A stretch of 64,000 bases of DNA, from the NCBI GenBank assembly GCA_051294375.1, contig CM119270.1, forward strand, positions 13,292,843-13,356,842. Reading direction: 5' to 3'. Shown in pieces: positions 60,143-64,000 of this stretch (positions are counted from its first letter, which is position 1; each line of letters opens with the position of its first letter). The stretch comes from Paraspadella gotoi (lineage: Eukaryota; Animalia; Chaetognatha). A program made the position numbers and the translations under genes. The notes under the pieces were generated by a model. That model was not told where the DNA came from. It did not search any database and saw only the letters and a program-made list of their open reading frames with translations.

Positions 60143-61471
60143 TTAACTTATTATCATTATGCCCGGAGCAATAAAGTAGCCTTAAAAAAAAAAGCAACAG
60201 CGGAATCAGCAAAAAATCTTTTTTCTCACAAATGATGAAGAAGCTAATAAAATCCCCACTTTGGGGAAAACGCGAGCATCGCACTTACTTGAGGCATCGC
60301 TATAAATAAATATAATTAGTACCAATACAAGGTGATGGTTTAAAACACGCCCTTTGAAATTATACTAAAACAACCTGCAATCGTTTTTTTATATTTTTAA
60401 AAGCTAGACCCTACTGTCCTACTCAGTGAAAAACATATTTTCATTTCAAGACTTTATTTTGTTAGCTCTGTAAGAAAATTATGAAATCGTTGAAGACATC
60501 AACTTATATTTAAAAATGGGAAAAATCTTCGCCATGCGTCTCGAAAAATTTCCCTTCCTTTTTTATATCGCGCGTATATCTCCTCGGGAAAGACGCGATA
60601 TTGCAAAACAATTACCATCTTGACGTGGCATCTCTTGACGCAAGTTGACGTGGCGTCCTTAAATGGCCTTGCGATGGACGCCTAGGAACGCGAGAAGAAA
60701 AGATGAAAGAGGGGGTTTCTGTCGTTGTTGCCAAGCAACCGAGAGGGCGTCGGGCAGACTCGTGGGTTTGTGGGGGGGGATTTGTGGAGAATCCGTGGGT
60801 GGAAGATTTTCGTTGGAGAGGAATGGGTGTTTGAGTCTAAAATCATAATATTTTTTTTTTATTTTCGTGGGCTTACTCATTTTTCATTCGTCGAGTCTCC
60901 GAGTCTGAGATTCACTAAAGCGAGATGGAATTCTATCGAGGACAAGAGAATCGAAAGGCGATGGAATTAAAAGAGAATTTCTCACTGAAAAAAAAAGTCA
61001 ATATTTCTTTTTTGTTTTCTCTCTTCTCTCTCTCCTTCGTTCCTTAAACCTTTTCCTTCCTTCCTTCCTTCCTTCCTTCCTTCCTTCCTTCCTTCCTTCC
61101 TGTCCTTCCTTCCTTCCTTGTCTTTCCTCCTCTTCCTTCCTTCCTTTCTTCCTCTCCTTGGCTCCTTATCGGCCACGACATCCTTCCTTCCTTCCTCCCA
61201 CGCAGACATATTCTATCCATCCCTTATTCTTTTATTCATCCTTCATTCAACTCTTCAGATTTTCCGGATAATTTTATGAATTAATGGGCGATCGAATGAA
61301 TTAACGATTTGATCAATCAATAAAATCCCAATTTCTTTCCCCCATCAATAAATTTAAAGCCTTTTCTTTTTTTTATATATGTTTATTTATTTATTTGTTT
61401 ATTTTTTTATTCGCCATTTAGCCTTAAGGCAATTAACTCCTTCATGTACCCCCCCTTCCACCCCCCATCAG

Positions 61472-61624
61472 GGTTCGGCGGAAAACGAAACGATCACAGT
61501 GGTAACGCGAGTCAAGGAAGACTGTTGCGTTCAGGACGCCGCCTTTCTGTCCAGGGGTGACAGAATAATCGCGGGACAGAACGTAGATATTCGTGGTTTT
61601 GGCCTCCAGGTCTGTACGGTTAGG

Positions 61625-61681
<57 letters not shown>

Positions 61682-62963
61682 GGCTTTCCGCCTTCTGGTT
61701 GACATTGATGATCTTTTTTTTTCATTATTACAACTTGCGATATTCGATTTTTGTGGAATTTTAACTTTTAACATTCGATCACCGCGAGAGAATTTACGAC
61801 ATCGTGTCGGGAAGAAACTTTCGTGAAGATTCATCATTGAACTTTTATTCATTTGAATATTAATTCATTAACAAATAAAACGTTTCACCACGTGTCTATT
61901 CATTTATTGCGGCATATGCTGCGATCCATCGAGATGAAATTACGAAACTGACGTCTGCTTTTTTGTTTTCGCTTCTTGGTTATCAGGATGCGATTACTGC
62001 TTTGACAAGGTCGACCAATGGATGTGTAGAGATCGCGGTCTGCAAACCGATCGCCTTCAAAGACCTCGGCGGAAGCAAGAAGACATTCAGGTTGGTTTTA
62101 AATTGTTCTACTTCCTTGTTTCAAATTTGATTATAAACTGGGTGAGGAATTTGGCAGGACGATCGCGGAATATTAGACCTTTATTTTTTTTAAAAAAATA
62201 TTAATTTAACGAAAAATATCATAGTACCGTCAACGGATAATTAGAATCTTTCGAATCATTTCTATTACTTTCGCTCTTCTTCTTTTTTCGATGTTTTGAC
62301 TTTCGCTTCAAATTTGCGTCATGACTCTTAAAATTGTGACTTCCTGAAGTCTAGTCTGTAATTTGAAATTGGTTATGGTCTCGGATAGGAGGTAATGGTT
62401 AGAGATATGTTTCGTGGCAATTAGGAAAACAATTATTTTGAAATTTCAAAATCATTAAAATTTGGTAGAGACGCTCTTAATATTTTCTCATATTTTAATA
62501 TATACTTAATATTTCAGGTTAAAGCGCAACAGCAATTCCTCGACTTACCGCACTGTGGGGCCGTTCTCTCCGTCTCCAGATCGATCGAGATCAAGATCAA
62601 GATCCAGATCCAGATCGAGATCCAGAAATTCAAGCGTCAATCAAACTCCTCTTTCTACCCACTCCCCTCAATCAGGTAGTCGAGACTTAAACATTTTAAT
62701 AAACAATTGTTTTACATTGAAATAAAACGAAAACTTTTTTTTGGCGGGAAGAAAATCGTCCTCTGCTCTCCTTTGGTTTCATTTGTTCAGGATTTAATCG
62801 TTTACTGATCTCTTTAATTTTTTGGCAATGTGTTTTTTTTTATATTATTCATAATTTGTTAAATTTGTTTTTCTCGGAAATATTCGATTTTGTCTTAAAT
62901 TCGTTGGTTCCAGATGGAACGACGCCCACTGAGGAGGTAACACGTGGCAATTCATCTCTTTCT

Positions 62964-63053
<90 letters not shown>

Positions 63054-63293
63054 GCTTACTCTTTTGCCAAGAACTTAATTTCGGAGTCAATTTGGCACGC
63101 AGCACTTGGTAATCGGGCGTCTTCTCCCTCACCCCTCATCTCTCAGCAGGCGGCAATGGGTTCCAAGACCAGGCGAGAGCGCCGGACGGGCACGCCCACA
63201 TCAAGCAGAACGGCGGCGCCTCCATCGCCAAAGAAGCCGGCGCCAACGGAGACGTAAAACGGACGCCGCGGCGGGGCACGAGAAAGTCATCGG
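61472..63293 (+). CDS. Internal exons of a PDZ-domain scaffold gene, PATJ/MPDZ(InaD-like)-type: 61472-61609, 61987-62090, 62518-62675, then candidates 62914-62936, 63055-63108, 63147-63293
   Basis: AG/GT-bounded exons with matching phases (0-0, 0-2, 2-1) give GSAENETITVVTRVKEDCCVQDAAFLSRGDRIIAGQNVDIRGFGLQ|DAITALTRSTNGCVEIAVCKPIAFKDLGGSKKTFR|LKRNSNSSTYRTVGPFSPSPDRSRSRSRSRSRSRNSSVNQTPLSTHSPQS. By eye this aligns with the MPDZ/PATJ PDZ ending GDRLxFVNxxxLENxSLxxAVxALKGAPxGxVRIGVAKP. Confidence 0.75.
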
Positions 63294-64000
63294 GTAGGTT
63301 ATGTTCTTTTAAATACTTATTTTTAGTTTAAATTACATTTTTTTTTCACTTTCGCTATCGTTTAATCTTAAATTTTACGCCAAAGTTACTTCTCTTGAAG
63401 GCAGCAATATCGAGAACCGTTGAGGAATGAAAAAAAAAAGAAAGGAAAGAAGCGAAATTAAACAAAGAAAGACACAAAGGCGATCCGAACAAAGGCAAAC
63501 GGGATGAGCGAGGAACGAGAGAGAACTCATTTAATTAGAAGGAGAGAGAGGGGCGCTTGGGGGCGTTGAATTTAAAAAATTCACAGTATTGGGAGGCAGG
63601 AGGGCGAGTAAGAGATAGGGTAGCCCCCCCCCGAGTGAGGCCTGCGAGGTTTCTAACTGGGGATTCCTAATTTCAAGCGGCGGAGGAAGAGAGAGAAGGC
63701 CTATTTTTACGAGAGAAATAAAGGCGAGATGCTCCACAAAAGAGTTGAGAGAGAAAATTCGATTCCGTGATATGTTTTTTTTGTCGTTTTTTTTTTTTAA
63801 ATAGAGAATCGGTCAGAGTCGCAAAAAGGGGGAAATGGAAGATTGGACTTTTGACTTTGTACAAGCGTGACAGGTGTAAAATTGCAACTTAACTCATTTT
63901 TTTTCTTAATTTCGAAATGCTAATATGTAAATAAAAGTAGTTTAAAGTGAAGTGGAAGAAGTGAAGTAACACCAAGAAATGTCAGGTGAGGCGAGGAGGA

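Overview
AT-rich, microsatellite-dense eukaryotic (probably invertebrate) genomic DNA. No prokaryotic operons, rRNA, tRNA or CRISPR arrays were found, and most entries in the ORF track are translations of (AG)n, (GAC)n, (GAAA)n and (ATCC)n repeats. Positions ~1-44.2 kb are a mosaic in which roughly 21-22 kb of unique sequence is repeated 2-4 times in direct and inverted orientation around six 25-N gaps and one 601-N gap. Most copies differ by single-base indels, which points to long-read gap-filling or fold-back artefacts. The redundant copies act as alternative alleles and show four things. (i) A single-copy, nearly microsatellite-free island (3681-8339) looks like a Maverick/Polinton remnant, with a frameshifted protein-primed PolB motif, small ORFs, DNA hairpins, TGACGT repeats and a ~175-bp terminal fold-back. 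(ii) A 1381-bp presence/absence insertion is flanked by CATTAAG. (iii) Several TTAA-flanked Kolobok-like MITEs occur, one stacked against another. (iv) A small-exon gene candidate is scattered across the copies. Positions ~44.2-64 kb are single-copy and contain a promoter-like motif cluster, minisatellites, a Helentron-type element, Penelope-like 3' ends and phase-consistent exons of a PATJ/MPDZ-like PDZ gene (61472-63293). No previously undescribed system can be claimed; the Polinton-like island is the best candidate for follow-up.
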